A DNA stretch of 64,000 bases from an uncultured virus (IMG/VR IMGVR_UViG_3300025501_000001) (Duplodnaviria; Heunggongvirae; Uroviricota; Caudoviricetes), in the IMG/VR virus record IMGVR_UViG_3300025501_000001; one strand, 5' to 3'. Within the stretch, counting starts at the first letter, position 1. Every line of letters starts with the position of its first letter. This document shows positions 38,693-48,584 of this stretch, piece by piece. The notes under the pieces are model-generated. The model did not search any database. It was not told the DNA's origin and was given only the letters and a program-made list of their open reading frames with translations. The translations under genes were made by a program, and so were the position numbers.

Positions 38693-39838
38693 ATGGCTAA
38701 ATACACCGTCACCTGCCCCCGATGTGAAACAGATTACCGGGTAGATCTCATCGGCCCTTCCCGCGACCGTGAATGGAAGCTCGACAATTTCGATTGGACC
38801 TGCGACGAATGCCGCGAGAAAGCCCAGGCCGAGGAGAACGCTGCAGCAAGCGCGGCAAACGCCGCTTCCGGCCTTCCCGCGCTCACCGGTTCGGAAAAAA
38901 TGATCGCCTGGGCGGAGACCATCCGGAAGCAGAAAATCATCACCATCGATGATTACATCGAGCGATACACCGGACATCATCCCCTGGATGAGCGGCTGCA
39001 AGCCGCTATTGGCGGCCTGAAAAACCGCACATCCGCCCGCTGGTGGATTGACAACCGTGACCGCCACGTCGAACAGCTCCTCCGGGAAGAATATGCCGTC
39101 ACGGAAAAGCCCCTTCCGCCCGAGGATAAGAAGGCCGCAGAGGAAGCAAAGGCCGAGGCCCTGGCAGAGGCCACGGTCCGGCCGCCGAAACCTGTCACCG
39201 AGACCGTCGCGGAGATCCGCATCTCCGGCCCCGTCGTGGAGATCCTTTTTTCTGAGAAGCGCGAAGATTTTCGCCAGATCGTGCGTTTTCAGCTCGGCTA
39301 CACATGGGCAGAGACGCGCTGGCGCCGTCAGATCGAGCTCATCAACGGTACTCCCGAGGACCGTGCGGCCGAGGCCGGCAACCGCCTCCTGGCGGGAGGT
39401 TTTTCCATCCGCATCTTCGATGACAGCCTTCGTGTCCGTGCCGTCTACGGCACCTACGAGCCCGAGGCGAAGCGCTGGGTGATGGCGCTTACATCCGGCT
39501 CGCATGTCGGCTGGTTTATAATCAAGTGGCCCAGGGAGGAGGACTTCTACAAGGCCGCCAAGCGCATCCACGGCGCCCGCTATGCAAAACCCTCCATCAT
39601 CGTCCCGCCCGAGCAGTTCGCGGAAGTCCTTGATTTCGCGGAGATGTACAAATTCGGGATAAGCGCCGGTGCTCAAAGAGTTATCGCTGCGGCCCGCCAG
39701 GTCCGCGAGAAGGCGCTCACGGCCTCTCCCTCCGTCCCTTCCGCCCGCCGCCTACCCGCGCCCGGGGAGGTCCCGTCCGAGCTCGCCGTGCCCGCCGACG
39801 TCGGTATAGCCGATGAATTTATGGAGGAGGAGCCGTGA
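38693..39838 (+). CDS. Hypothetical protein with N-terminal Zn ribbon
   Basis: CPRC..CDEC, LPALTGSEKMIAWA. Confidence 0.7.
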   Translation: MAKYTVTCPRCETDYRVDLIGPSRDREWKLDNFDWTCDECREKAQAEENAAASAANAASGLPALTGSEKMIAWAETIRKQKIITIDDYIERYTGHHPLDERLQAAIGGLKNRTSARWWIDNRDRHVEQLLREEYAVTEKPLPPEDKKAAEEAKAEALAEATVRPPKPVTETVAEIRISGPVVEILFSEKREDFRQIVRFQLGYTWAETRWRRQIELINGTPEDRAAEAGNRLLAGGFSIRIFDDSLRVRAVYGTYEPEAKRWVMALTSGSHVGWFIIKWPREEDFYKAAKRIHGARYAKPSIIVPPEQFAEVLDFAEMYKFGISAGAQRVIAAARQVREKALTASPSVPSARRLPAPGEVPSELAVPADVGIADEFMEEEP

Positions 39839-41250
39839 CCGTTCTCACGCCCCTCCTGCCCCACCAGGCCGCCGCGGTCTCCCGCCTCTTGCCCGCCCGC
39901 ATAGGCGCTGCCTTCATGGAGATGGGCACCGGCAAGAGCCTCACGGCCATAGAGTTGATCTCCCGCCGCCAGGGCCGCATCTCGTGCGTCATCTGGTTTT
40001 GCCCGGTATCCCTCAAGGAGACCATCCGCCACGAGATCCTGAAGCACACGGACGCGCCCCCCGATAAAATCCACGTCTTTACCGACAAGACAAACGAGCG
40101 CACCGTCCCGCGCGTATTCTGGTACATCGTCGGGATAGAATCTATGAGCGCCTCGCGCCGCGTGATCCTGACGGTGAACGCGATCGTTGACGAGGCTTCC
40201 ATGGTCATAGTCGACGAATCGAGCTACATCAAGGGCCACCGGTCGGCCCGTACGGACTGGATAACGCGCATCGCCGAGCGCGCCCGCTACCGGCTCATCC
40301 TGACTGGTACGCCCCTCTCCCAGGGCGTGGTCGATCTGTTCGCGCAGATGCGCTTCCTCTCTCCAAAGATACTCGGCTACAGCTCCTTTTATTCTTTCGC
40401 GGCGAACCACCTGGAATATTCCGAGAAATTCCCCGGCCTGATCGTCCGCAGTCACAACACGGCCTATCTCGCCGCAAAGATCAAGCCCTATGTCTACCAG
40501 GTCACCAAGAAAGAATGCCTGGACCTGCCGGACAAGCTCTATTCCTCGCGCTATTTCTCGATGACCTGGGAGCAGCGCGACGCGTACGAGCGGGCGAAGG
40601 ACGAGATCCTTGCTTCCATCTCCGAGGACGACTGGAATTCGTATACGATCTTCCGCCTGTTCACCGCCCTGCAGCAGATCGTCTGCGGCTTCCTCAACCA
40701 TATCGACCCGAAGACCCGCGCCGTGACGACTGAGGAATTTAGCCATTGCCGCATCGATATGCTCATGGATCTGATAGGCCGCGTCCCGGAGGGCGAGAAG
40801 ATCATTATCTGGGCGAAGTACCGGCACGACATAGAGGAGATCGCCCGCGAGCTTACCGCCCGCTTCGGCCAAGGCTGCGCCGCGCTTTTCTACGGCGACA
40901 TCCCGGAGGCGAAGCGTCCCGCCCAAGTTGCCCTTTTCCGCGCCTCCGCCCGCTTCTTCCTCGCCACGCAGAGCTGCGGCGGCCATGGCCTCACGCTGAA
41001 CGAGGCGCACCAGGTGATCTTCTACAATAACGGCTTCAAATACTCGGAGCGCCTCCAGGCCGAGGACCGCTGTCACCGCATCGGCCAGGCCGCGCCGGTC
41101 ACCTACATCGATATCATCTGCTCGGACTCGATTGACACGCGCATCGACGACGCCCTTGCATCCAAGGGCAATATCGTGCAACAATTCAAGGCGGAGATCG
41201 ACCGGGTGAAGGGCAAGGGCAAGCTAAAGGACCTCATAAAAAGCCTATGA
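39835..41250 (+). CDS. SNF2-family helicase
   Basis: MEMGTGKS, VDESSYIK, LTGTP, QAEDRCHRIGQ. Confidence 0.9.
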   Translation: MTVLTPLLPHQAAAVSRLLPARIGAAFMEMGTGKSLTAIELISRRQGRISCVIWFCPVSLKETIRHEILKHTDAPPDKIHVFTDKTNERTVPRVFWYIVGIESMSASRRVILTVNAIVDEASMVIVDESSYIKGHRSARTDWITRIAERARYRLILTGTPLSQGVVDLFAQMRFLSPKILGYSSFYSFAANHLEYSEKFPGLIVRSHNTAYLAAKIKPYVYQVTKKECLDLPDKLYSSRYFSMTWEQRDAYERAKDEILASISEDDWNSYTIFRLFTALQQIVCGFLNHIDPKTRAVTTEEFSHCRIDMLMDLIGRVPEGEKIIIWAKYRHDIEEIARELTARFGQGCAALFYGDIPEAKRPAQVALFRASARFFLATQSCGGHGLTLNEAHQVIFYNNGFKYSERLQAEDRCHRIGQAAPVTYIDIICSDSIDTRIDDALASKGNIVQQFKAEIDRVKGKGKLKDLIKSL

Positions 41251-42455
41251 AACGGTACCTCACCAAAAACGTCTACGACGCGGCAATCGAGCGGCTGAAT
41301 CTCGTGTTCGATGAGTTCCCCCGCGTTTGCGTCGCCTTCTCCGGCGGCAAGGATTCGACCGTGCTGCTCCACCTCGCCCTCGAGGTCGCCCGCCGCCGCA
41401 ACATTGCACCCGTCTATGCGATGTTCCTCGACCTGGAGGGACAGTACAAAAGCACGATCGACCACATCAGGGAAATGTTCGCCCTGCCGGATCTCGTTTC
41501 TTACTGGATGTGCCTGCCTCTCAACCTGCGCAACGCCGTATCCGCGTACTTCCCCTATTGGTGCGCCTGGGAGCCCGGCCGCGAGGCGGATTGGGTGCGC
41601 GACATGCCCGACCACCCATCGGTCATCAGCGACCAGGGCTATTTCCCCTTTTACAAATACCGAATGGAATTTGAAGAGTTCGTGCCGGAATTCAACGAGT
41701 GGTTCGCAGGCGACGAGGGCGGCGCCACGGTGGTGGCCATCAGGGCGGATGAAAGCCTTAACAGGTTCAAGGCGGTCCGCAAATCCGCCGCCAAGAAGAA
41801 GTGCGCTTATAAGGACATCTACTGGTCTTCCATGCACAAGACAAAAAGCCGCGCGGTCACTTTCTATCCGATCTACGATTGGCGTTTTGAGGACATCTGG
41901 GCCTATATCGGCAAGCGCGGGCTGCCGTACAACAAGCTTTACGATTATATGTACCTCGCCGGCACGCCCCCGGCCGAGATGCGCATTTGCCAGCCCTACG
42001 GCGACGACCAGCGCAAAGGCCTCGATATGTTCCATAAAATCGAGCCCGATACGTGGTTCCGCATAGTCCAGCGCGTCGAGGGCGCAAACTGGGGCGCTCT
42101 TTACGCGCGGCAGAAATTCCTAGGTTATAAGGGGGGCCTCGGCCTGCCGCCGACATTCGCGACCTGGCAGCAATATGCAGAATTCCTGTTGCGCACCATG
42201 CCTCCCGACCTGGCGGCCGTGTTCCAGCGCCGCATCGATGTTTTCTTTGGCTGGTGGGCGGAGCACGGTTACCCCTTGAGCGCGGTCCCCGACGATGGCG
42301 ACCGCGAGCTGGAGGGAAAGAAGTTGCAGCCCTCATGGCGCCGGGTAGCAGTCTCGATCCTGAAGATGGATATGGGAAAAGGTCTCAGTTTCGGTTTTCA
42401 CCGGGGCGATACGAACCGCCTAATGGAGATAAAAGAGAGGTACGCGGACCTATGA
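41247..42455 (+). CDS. PAPS-reductase-like protein (IbrA/YbdN family)
   Basis: FSGGKDS PP-loop, IRADESLNR, YPIYDW, MRICQPYGDDQR. Confidence 0.85.
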   Translation: MKRYLTKNVYDAAIERLNLVFDEFPRVCVAFSGGKDSTVLLHLALEVARRRNIAPVYAMFLDLEGQYKSTIDHIREMFALPDLVSYWMCLPLNLRNAVSAYFPYWCAWEPGREADWVRDMPDHPSVISDQGYFPFYKYRMEFEEFVPEFNEWFAGDEGGATVVAIRADESLNRFKAVRKSAAKKKCAYKDIYWSSMHKTKSRAVTFYPIYDWRFEDIWAYIGKRGLPYNKLYDYMYLAGTPPAEMRICQPYGDDQRKGLDMFHKIEPDTWFRIVQRVEGANWGALYARQKFLGYKGGLGLPPTFATWQQYAEFLLRTMPPDLAAVFQRRIDVFFGWWAEHGYPLSAVPDDGDRELEGKKLQPSWRRVAVSILKMDMGKGLSFGFHRGDTNRLMEIKERYADL

Positions 42456-43096
42456 ACAATCTTTTCGAATCGGCCATCTCAGAGCACCTGGAGAAGATAT
42501 GCAGCCTGTTGGACCTGATGCCGCTGGAAGACCGCGTGGAGGCCCTGAACGCGATCAGGCAGAGGCTGCACGATGCCAGCCCTTTTGCCGATGAGCCCGT
42601 GGATTGCGTGCTCTGGGTCGAGGCGGACAGCGTCAGGGGCAACGACTACAACCCCAACCGCGTCGCGCCCCCGGAGATGCGCCTGCTGGAGCATTCAATG
42701 GTCGCGGATGGAATAACGCAACCTATTGTAGCCTACGCCGAGGCGGCCGCCGCCGGTTACACGGTGATCGACGGCTTCCACCGCACCCGCGTCTGCAAGG
42801 AATGCCGCAAGCTCCGGGAACGCCTTTACGACTACATCCCCGTGTCCACAATCAACGACCGGCGGCATGACATCAAGGACCGCATGGCGGCCACTATCCG
42901 CCACAACCGGGCGCGCGGCGTGCACGGCGTCATCCCCATGGTCGATATCGTCGCAATGCTCATTCGGCAAGGGTGGACCGACGGCGAGATAGCAAAAGAG
43001 CTTGGCATGGACGCCGACGAAGTGCTAAGATTCAAACAATCGAGTGGCCTTCCGGAATTGTTCAAAGATCACGAATATTCCCGGGCATGGGAGTGA
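42452..43096 (+). CDS. ParB-like protein (IbrB/YbdM family)
   Basis: NDYNPNRVAPPEM, DGFHR, ATIRHNRARG. Confidence 0.85.
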   Translation: MNNLFESAISEHLEKICSLLDLMPLEDRVEALNAIRQRLHDASPFADEPVDCVLWVEADSVRGNDYNPNRVAPPEMRLLEHSMVADGITQPIVAYAEAAAAGYTVIDGFHRTRVCKECRKLRERLYDYIPVSTINDRRHDIKDRMAATIRHNRARGVHGVIPMVDIVAMLIRQGWTDGEIAKELGMDADEVLRFKQSSGLPELFKDHEYSRAWE

Positions 43097-43100
43097 ACCG

Positions 43101-43277
43101 ATGAAATGTCCCCATTGCAGTAAAGACATCGCCGAGCACTTGATCATATCCGAGGCCGCCCGGATCCAGGGGCGCCGGTCAAAACGCACCCTTTCATCCG
43201 ATGAGGCGCGGAAAATGGCCTTCCGGATGCATGACCTGCATGCCAAGCCGCGGAAGGGCAAGGGGGAAGACAAATGA
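43101..43277 (+). CDS. Small hypothetical protein
   Basis: MKCPHC; coupled to next gene. Confidence 0.55.
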   Translation: MKCPHCSKDIAEHLIISEAARIQGRRSKRTLSSDEARKMAFRMHDLHAKPRKGKGEDK

Positions 43278-43714
43278 CACCCGCCTTTATCTCCATTGTC
43301 AATGACGCCGCCGACATCGTTTCTACCGACTACTGGGAGACAGAGAACGCGGCGAGGGGCGCCTATTACCTCTCCATTAATGCCGGGACGTTCCGTCTGC
43401 TCGTCCCTCCGGCGCTCGTCGGTGAGATCGAGGAATGGAGGACTGCCCGGGAGGTGATAGTCTCGCGCGGCCCGTGGCCGGAAAAAGGCCGGGCGGATGC
43501 GATAGAGATCCTGTTCGAGGACAGGAGCGACTCGCCGTATGTTGTCCACATCGGGACAGAGCAGGTCGACCGGCTCCCTACCGACGCGGACCAGGATCGT
43601 CCCGGCCGACCGCCCCGGTGGACCTTTACTGCCTGGGCACGGGGAGGCAAGGTCCTAACACTTCCTTGCAGGTACCGGAGAGTAAAACATATCCCCTGGC
43701 TAAAGCGGTTTTAG
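43274..43714 (+). CDS. Hypothetical protein
   Basis: Translationally coupled ORF. Confidence 0.65.
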   Translation: MTPAFISIVNDAADIVSTDYWETENAARGAYYLSINAGTFRLLVPPALVGEIEEWRTAREVIVSRGPWPEKGRADAIEILFEDRSDSPYVVHIGTEQVDRLPTDADQDRPGRPPRWTFTAWARGGKVLTLPCRYRRVKHIPWLKRF

Positions 43715-44387
43715 GCACGCCGATCGCCGCATAACTGGACGTGCGAGCACTGCAATAATTTCTGTTTTCTAACGTCCCGGCGTATGCTATAATTGAAAAT
43801 CATGGCAAAAGAGCTACCGATTCAATGGATTTGCCCTTACTGCAAGAGGAGGATAGGAATCTATATTCTTTTTGCCACATTTGACATGATCTTTTCCCCC
43901 GCGAAATATTTCAAGTGTCCCTGTCAAAATCAAACCTCGGTTGACCGTTTAATGAATTACTGCACAAATGGAGGTGTGCAAGTTCTCTCTGATAAGTTAC
44001 CATGAAAGGCGCACCATCCGGCCCCCGCCTTCACTTTATCTGTCATTCCCGCTCAAGCGCGGCAATCCGCTATCTTACCTTGTGGTAATATATCTGAAGT
44101 AATATATCTGAAAGTACATATTCGACAGCCCAAAGGGGCCTGTATGAATGCTAACCAGATTAGGAAACTGGCCGAATTAATGGACCCCACGATATGGAAA
44201 GACCGCAAATCGAGCATAAAGACCTGCATCAAGTTACTTAATACGATTATAACGACACATGCGACGCCAAGAAAAGGGACTGTTCGGCTACCAAGGCCCA
44301 TGACCGCAAAAGAAGTCGGCGCAAAGATGTGGGCCCATCGCGAAGACCATCTCACTTCCTCCGGTTTGGTCAACGAGTCCGCACAGG

Positions 44388-44684
44388 ATGAGGTACTTGC
44401 CTTACGGCCTTCAGTCCATTGAGATACATCTCGAGAGGAAGAACTGCTGGCCTGGCCCGTGGGTCAATGCGATGCTGTTTGTTCCGGCTCCGGATGCATG
44501 CCCGCTATGCATGGCCATGGCAAAGGAATATCCAATAGCCAAATGCCCCATCCCCGTATTGGATACGCATCTTGGCTGCCGTTGCTCGTACACACCGGCC
44601 CACTCGGAAACATACGGAGTTTCTGCCCAGCCGCGAAAAAGACGCACAGTCCTTGACATCATAAAGGGTTTCTTCAAGAAATAA
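44388..44684 (+). CDS. Stand-alone or degraded MuF C-terminal Cys domain
   Basis: FVPAPDACPLC..CPIP..THLGCRCS matches the portal-MuF C-terminus. Confidence 0.55.
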   Translation: MRYLPYGLQSIEIHLERKNCWPGPWVNAMLFVPAPDACPLCMAMAKEYPIAKCPIPVLDTHLGCRCSYTPAHSETYGVSAQPRKRRTVLDIIKGFFKK

Positions 44685-44692
44685 TCAATTTT

Positions 44693-45217
44693 CTACGGCG
44701 TTCCTGAGATCAGGCGGGCTATCTCAGCGGCAAACTGCTCCGTGCTTTCTTCTATGACGGGCCCTAACTTTTTCGCTTCCAGGTTGCCGGGCACCCGTTG
44801 CATCGTACTCACATTAAAAGGGCGCGCGTTGCCGTTGACAAGCATATAGCCGGAATATCCGAGCATGATGTCGAAGCCTGCCCACTTTCTCCCAAACTCA
44901 GGGTTGATTCCGGTTATGATGACGCGCAGACTGCCATTGTCCAGTTGCCGGGCTAAATTGCTGTCGCCGCATAATTTGTGGGCCACGATTGTCTCTATTG
45001 CCGGACTGATCTGGTAAAGCAGCTCGCCCGCGTAAGTTCTGAACAAAAGGCTCGTCTCGCCTCTGGCTGGGTATTCACTGGGACCGCATGATGGGGGTCT
45101 CTGGGTGTATTCGCTCATCACCACTCTATGAGAGGGAACGCAAGAGACCGCTAAAAAGATAAGACAGGCGGCAAGTAGCATCAAATTCGCGACAGGAACA
45201 CCACAAGAAGTTTTCAT
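44693..45217 (-). CDS. Putative lipoprotein (moron)
   Basis: Hydrophobic stretch ending LAVSC. Confidence 0.6.
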   Translation of the reverse strand: MKTSCGVPVANLMLLAACLIFLAVSCVPSHRVVMSEYTQRPPSCGPSEYPARGETSLLFRTYAGELLYQISPAIETIVAHKLCGDSNLARQLDNGSLRVIITGINPEFGRKWAGFDIMLGYSGYMLVNGNARPFNVSTMQRVPGNLEAKKLGPVIEESTEQFAAEIARLISGTP

Positions 45218-45279
45218 ATTCGATTTTATATCGTTGCACGGACAGCGATGAAAAGCAATCTCTGTTTTGAGGCGCCCTT

Positions 45280-45324
45280 TTTTGCAATCCCCTGCCGTAC
45301 GATTTCCTCTTTTTCTGCTATTTC
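45280..45324 (+). promoter_or_regulatory. Putative late promoter, copy 2
   Basis: TTTTGCAA-N4-CTGCCGTAC-N15-TGCTATTTC. Confidence 0.7.
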
Positions 45325-45371
45325 TGAAGCATGGCCGATAGTTCCGTAAAAATCATCAAAGGAGAATAACG

Positions 45372-45863
45372 ATGCTTGACCTTAACATTACTATTGATGG
45401 TGATAAGATAGTCATCAACAATCTGGAGCGTATCGCCGACGAACTACCCGAGGCCGTGAACAGGGGCCTCACTACAATTGGTGCCGGCATATTCGACCGG
45501 GCGCGAGCCTGGCTAAGCGGCACGGGGGCCAAAGGCACTACGAAAAACCGAAAGTGGACGCCCCAACAGATCGATCCAGGGGGCTACCCGGTCCCGGTAC
45601 GTACGGGATGGCTCCGCCAATCACTCAACTGGCTGCATCCGGGCGAATCAATGTCGGGCGACGCGGGTTCTTTCACAGCCGGCCCTTTCGAGACGGTGAT
45701 CTTCGACTCCGCGTTATATGCCCGCGTCATCCGCGAGGGCACCGGCTCATCGGCAAAGTACGGCGCGCGGGATTACCTGACGGACGGGTTTACGGCATTC
45801 AGCTCGGAGGTAGGCGTCACCACGCCGATCGAGCAGGAAATAGCGAAGTTGATAAACAAGTGA
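45372..45863 (+). CDS. Second gp10-like neck protein (paralogue of 27537..28061)
   Basis: Identical GSFTAGPFETVIFDSALYARVIREGTGSS block. Confidence 0.8.
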   Translation: MLDLNITIDGDKIVINNLERIADELPEAVNRGLTTIGAGIFDRARAWLSGTGAKGTTKNRKWTPQQIDPGGYPVPVRTGWLRQSLNWLHPGESMSGDAGSFTAGPFETVIFDSALYARVIREGTGSSAKYGARDYLTDGFTAFSSEVGVTTPIEQEIAKLINK

Positions 45864-46032
45864 GGTGCACGACCCATGCCTGGGCGTGGGTAGCCCAGTC
45901 GAAATTTCCTCCGGCCCCAATTCATTAATTGCACGATTCAATAATTCCGTCATTCCAAAAGGGACTTATTTTGTAATTCCCTCTTGAATGCGCTTCTGGT
46001 AGAATGTGAGAAAAGCAATAGAGGAGGACAAT

Positions 46033-46950
46033 ATGCGGCCAATCTCAAAAAAATCCTGGCTGGGTCTGGGTAGAGCAATTTTGGCTGGAAGCATCCTCAT
46101 AATATTAATCGGTTGCGGTGCAGGAACCTATGTACCTGACCCCGGTTCCGTAAAGCAGGTTATGCGTTATGATGGGGCCGGGCTCCTACTTGCTTGCAGA
46201 GCAGATGACTGCCCCGGCCGGTGGCTGTCGACCTTTGGGCTGCGGCCCGTGGATCAGGCAGCCGTAACGGGAATAGGCTGGTGGCCTCCAGGCGTAACAA
46301 TACAGGCTGTAGACCTAGACGCGCCCGTTTTCGTCAGGAAGGTCCGCGGGCCGGCGCAGACCGCCGGGGTAATGCTCGGGGATAGAATTATAGAAATAGG
46401 TGGCATACCAATTACCTCAATACGCGACATGGCCGCCTTGGCCCCCGCCGTGGCCGATCGGACGTATTCAATTAAGGTAGTAAGAGGCGAAGCGGAGATG
46501 ACATTTCAAATAACCGCGGCACCAATGTTAACGGTCTACTCTCTTGACGAGCTGAAGGTAGCAGCGGACAGGTTCGATGAGGCTAAAGTCTTTAGGTCCC
46601 TTGCAAAACTAGACAACAGGGTAGATCCTATATCAAAGGGGCCGCTGTACTTTTTTGACCTCAATGTGTGCAATAATTTAGGTGCGGCCGAGGGCCGCAG
46701 AGTGCTAGAGGAACAAGGCAGGCGCGCGGCGGTTGGCTCCTTGGTCGGCGCCGCGCTCGGCGCGGGCCTCGGATATTCAACGGGTCGCGCCGTCGGTCTG
46801 GGCAACTCGGCATCTGGCGGAATAGCCGCTGCAGGGGCCTCCAGCGGTGCTGCAGCGGGTGGTATAACGGGGGCCGCATCCGTGGTTAATCAGGTTGATA
46901 CTCTCCTGTACAATTGCATGATAAACCGAGGCTACAAGATGCTGTACTAG
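46033..46950 (+). CDS. Lipoprotein with PDZ domain and glycine zipper
   Basis: LIGC lipobox; GPAQTAGVMLGDRIIEIGG; GAALGAGLG..CMINRGY. Confidence 0.75.
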   Translation: MRPISKKSWLGLGRAILAGSILIILIGCGAGTYVPDPGSVKQVMRYDGAGLLLACRADDCPGRWLSTFGLRPVDQAAVTGIGWWPPGVTIQAVDLDAPVFVRKVRGPAQTAGVMLGDRIIEIGGIPITSIRDMAALAPAVADRTYSIKVVRGEAEMTFQITAAPMLTVYSLDELKVAADRFDEAKVFRSLAKLDNRVDPISKGPLYFFDLNVCNNLGAAEGRRVLEEQGRRAAVGSLVGAALGAGLGYSTGRAVGLGNSASGGIAAAGASSGAAAGGITGAASVVNQVDTLLYNCMINRGYKMLY

Positions 46951-46979
46951 GCCGGCGGCAGTTCGCGCTCATTATTTTC

Positions 46980-47008
46980 TTGACATAGCCTCTAAGCTGC
47001 CGTAGCCT
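46980..47008 (+). promoter_or_regulatory. Sigma70-like promoter
   Basis: TTGACA-N17-TAGCCT. Confidence 0.55.
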
Positions 47009-47080
47009 ATTATTGCTACGATCTATCGGGGCTGCCCTTGGCCTCACGAAAGGGATTTTCTATTTTAAGGGCTGAAGTGT

Positions 47081-47162
47081 CCCGAGTGCGCTCATAAAAC
47101 CGGTTTTTGACCGGGCCGCGAGGCATGGGCCGGCTTCCGATAGAGCCGTAGCAGCACTCGGG
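47081..47162 (+). ncRNA. C4/CI-like antisense RNA candidate 1
   Basis: CCCGAGTGC/GCACTCGGG closing stem; loop CCGATAG complementary to CTATCGG at 47023 and 47197. Confidence 0.65.
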
Positions 47163-47212
47163 CTTTTTGCGTGCCGGCTAAAACCGAGGCTAAAAACTAT
47201 CGGAGGTGCAGT

Positions 47213-47602
47213 ATGAGGCAACTGCAAGGAGTGGTAAAGGGGCGGTGCGAGCATATTCACCATTGCCCGCTCTGTGACAGGCTCAAGCGTATCGTCAGGG
47301 CCAACGCGAACAATCTTCGGCTCAATCTCTACGGCCTGGCCCGGCCGAATGGCTGGATAGTCTGGCCGAAGGAGATTCTATACGATGTCCTCGTCCCCCT
47401 CTTCAAGATCGAGGAGGCCGCCTCGGCCTTCCATGTCCGCAGGACACAAAGCATGACCGAAGACGAGGCCGATGCCTACGCCGCCGCACATCTCTTAGCG
47501 GAGCCCTGGAGGCCCGAGGGCGCCCCCGAGGCAGACCGGTTCCGGCCGGAGCTCACGCTGGTCATGGGCGGTCTGGCACCGAGGGGGCCTGGCGGCCGGT
47601 GA
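47213..47602 (+). CDS. Hypothetical protein
   Basis: GGAGGT SD and ATG. Confidence 0.6.
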   Translation: MRQLQGVVKGRCEHIHHCPLCDRLKRIVRANANNLRLNLYGLARPNGWIVWPKEILYDVLVPLFKIEEAASAFHVRRTQSMTEDEADAYAAAHLLAEPWRPEGAPEADRFRPELTLVMGGLAPRGPGGR

Positions 47603-47675
47603 CCGTACCGCATATTTGCGAAAAGTGCGGTATAAAATAATTAGCCCTTACCGCACTTTTCCGACAAATTACCCC

Positions 47676-47704
47676 TTGACATGGGGTTTTATGGAGGTTA
47701 GACT
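47676..47704 (+). promoter_or_regulatory. Sigma70-like promoter
   Basis: TTGACA-N17-TAGACT. Confidence 0.6.
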
Positions 47705-47746
47705 CTCTGCGGAATGAACCAGAACTGTACATTTACAAATACATGT

Positions 47747-47815
47747 TTTCCCCGAGTGCGCCCATGTGGTGAGGCCTGGGCCGGCTTGTCTGGGCCGATT
47801 CCACACTCGGGGAAA
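47747..47815 (+). ncRNA. C4/CI-like antisense RNA candidate 2
   Basis: TTTCCCCGAGTG/CACTCGGGGAAA stem; shares GAGGC.TGGGCCGGCTT with copy 1. Confidence 0.65.
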
Positions 47816-47852
47816 TCTTTTATTATCACAATTCAGCAAGTGACAGGCAAAG

Positions 47853-48584
47853 ATGCCCATAGCGGATGACGGCTACAAAAAGGCCATAGATCAAACAAGA
47901 ACCTGCACAAAATGCGGAAAGGAAAAGCCATTCACGGCTGAATATTGGTACATGAGGCGAGGAGGGCGGAAATGCAAAGAATGCTGCCGGGCTGGATATG
48001 ATGAATGGTACGCGAATAATAAAGAAAAGGTTAAGGAATGGAGAGCAAAGAATGCTGCAAAACTTAAGAAACACAGCCATACTTATTACCTTAAAAACCG
48101 CAGGAAACTCATTAAGCAGTCCATAGAAAGGCAAAAGGAATACAGAAAAAGCAATCCGGAATGGCGCGACAAAAAGCGCCGCATCCAAAAAGCCTGGTGC
48201 GCCGCGAACCCGGAAAGGCGCCGCGAGCACTGCCGCGCAACGCACGAGCGGCATCCAGAGACTACCCGCAGAGGCGACGCCAAATCGCGGGGCGAGCTCC
48301 GGGACTGTTACCTTAAGTTCGTTCTAAGGCGGCGGGGCATAGATCCAACTCCACAGACAATAGAGATTGAACGCGAGAAGCTGCAATTGAGACGGCTTAT
48401 AAAACAGATCAAGGAGGCTATGCATGGGTCTGATTCAGCAGGAAATAAAGGAACTGCGGCAGTTGTTGGCGGATGTGAAGGCCAAGCGCATAACCGGAGA
48501 GGAACTGGATGCTCAGATAAAGGTATACAGCCAGATCGAGAAAAGGACCAACCAGTTCCTACAGTCCGTCGCCTTGGCCGCTAA
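47853..48584 (+). CDS. Basic Cys-rich protein
   Basis: CTKCGKEK..CKEC; Lys/Arg-rich helix. Confidence 0.6.
   Translation: MPIADDGYKKAIDQTRTCTKCGKEKPFTAEYWYMRRGGRKCKECCRAGYDEWYANNKEKVKEWRAKNAAKLKKHSHTYYLKNRRKLIKQSIERQKEYRKSNPEWRDKKRRIQKAWCAANPERRREHCRATHERHPETTRRGDAKSRGELRDCYLKFVLRRRGIDPTPQTIEIEREKLQLRRLIKQIKEAMHGSDSAGNKGTAAVVGGCEGQAHNRRGTGCSDKGIQPDREKDQPVPTVRRLGR

Larger units (their letters stand above)
37765..44127 (+). repeat. Direct repeats (37765-37843, 44065-44127) containing tandem GTAATATA(CC/T)CTGAA units
   Basis: Three units in the left copy, two in the right. Confidence 0.85.

Noticed and set aside
47081..47815. Structured RNAs as tRNAs
   Set aside because: No TTCRA T-loop or canonical D-arm.
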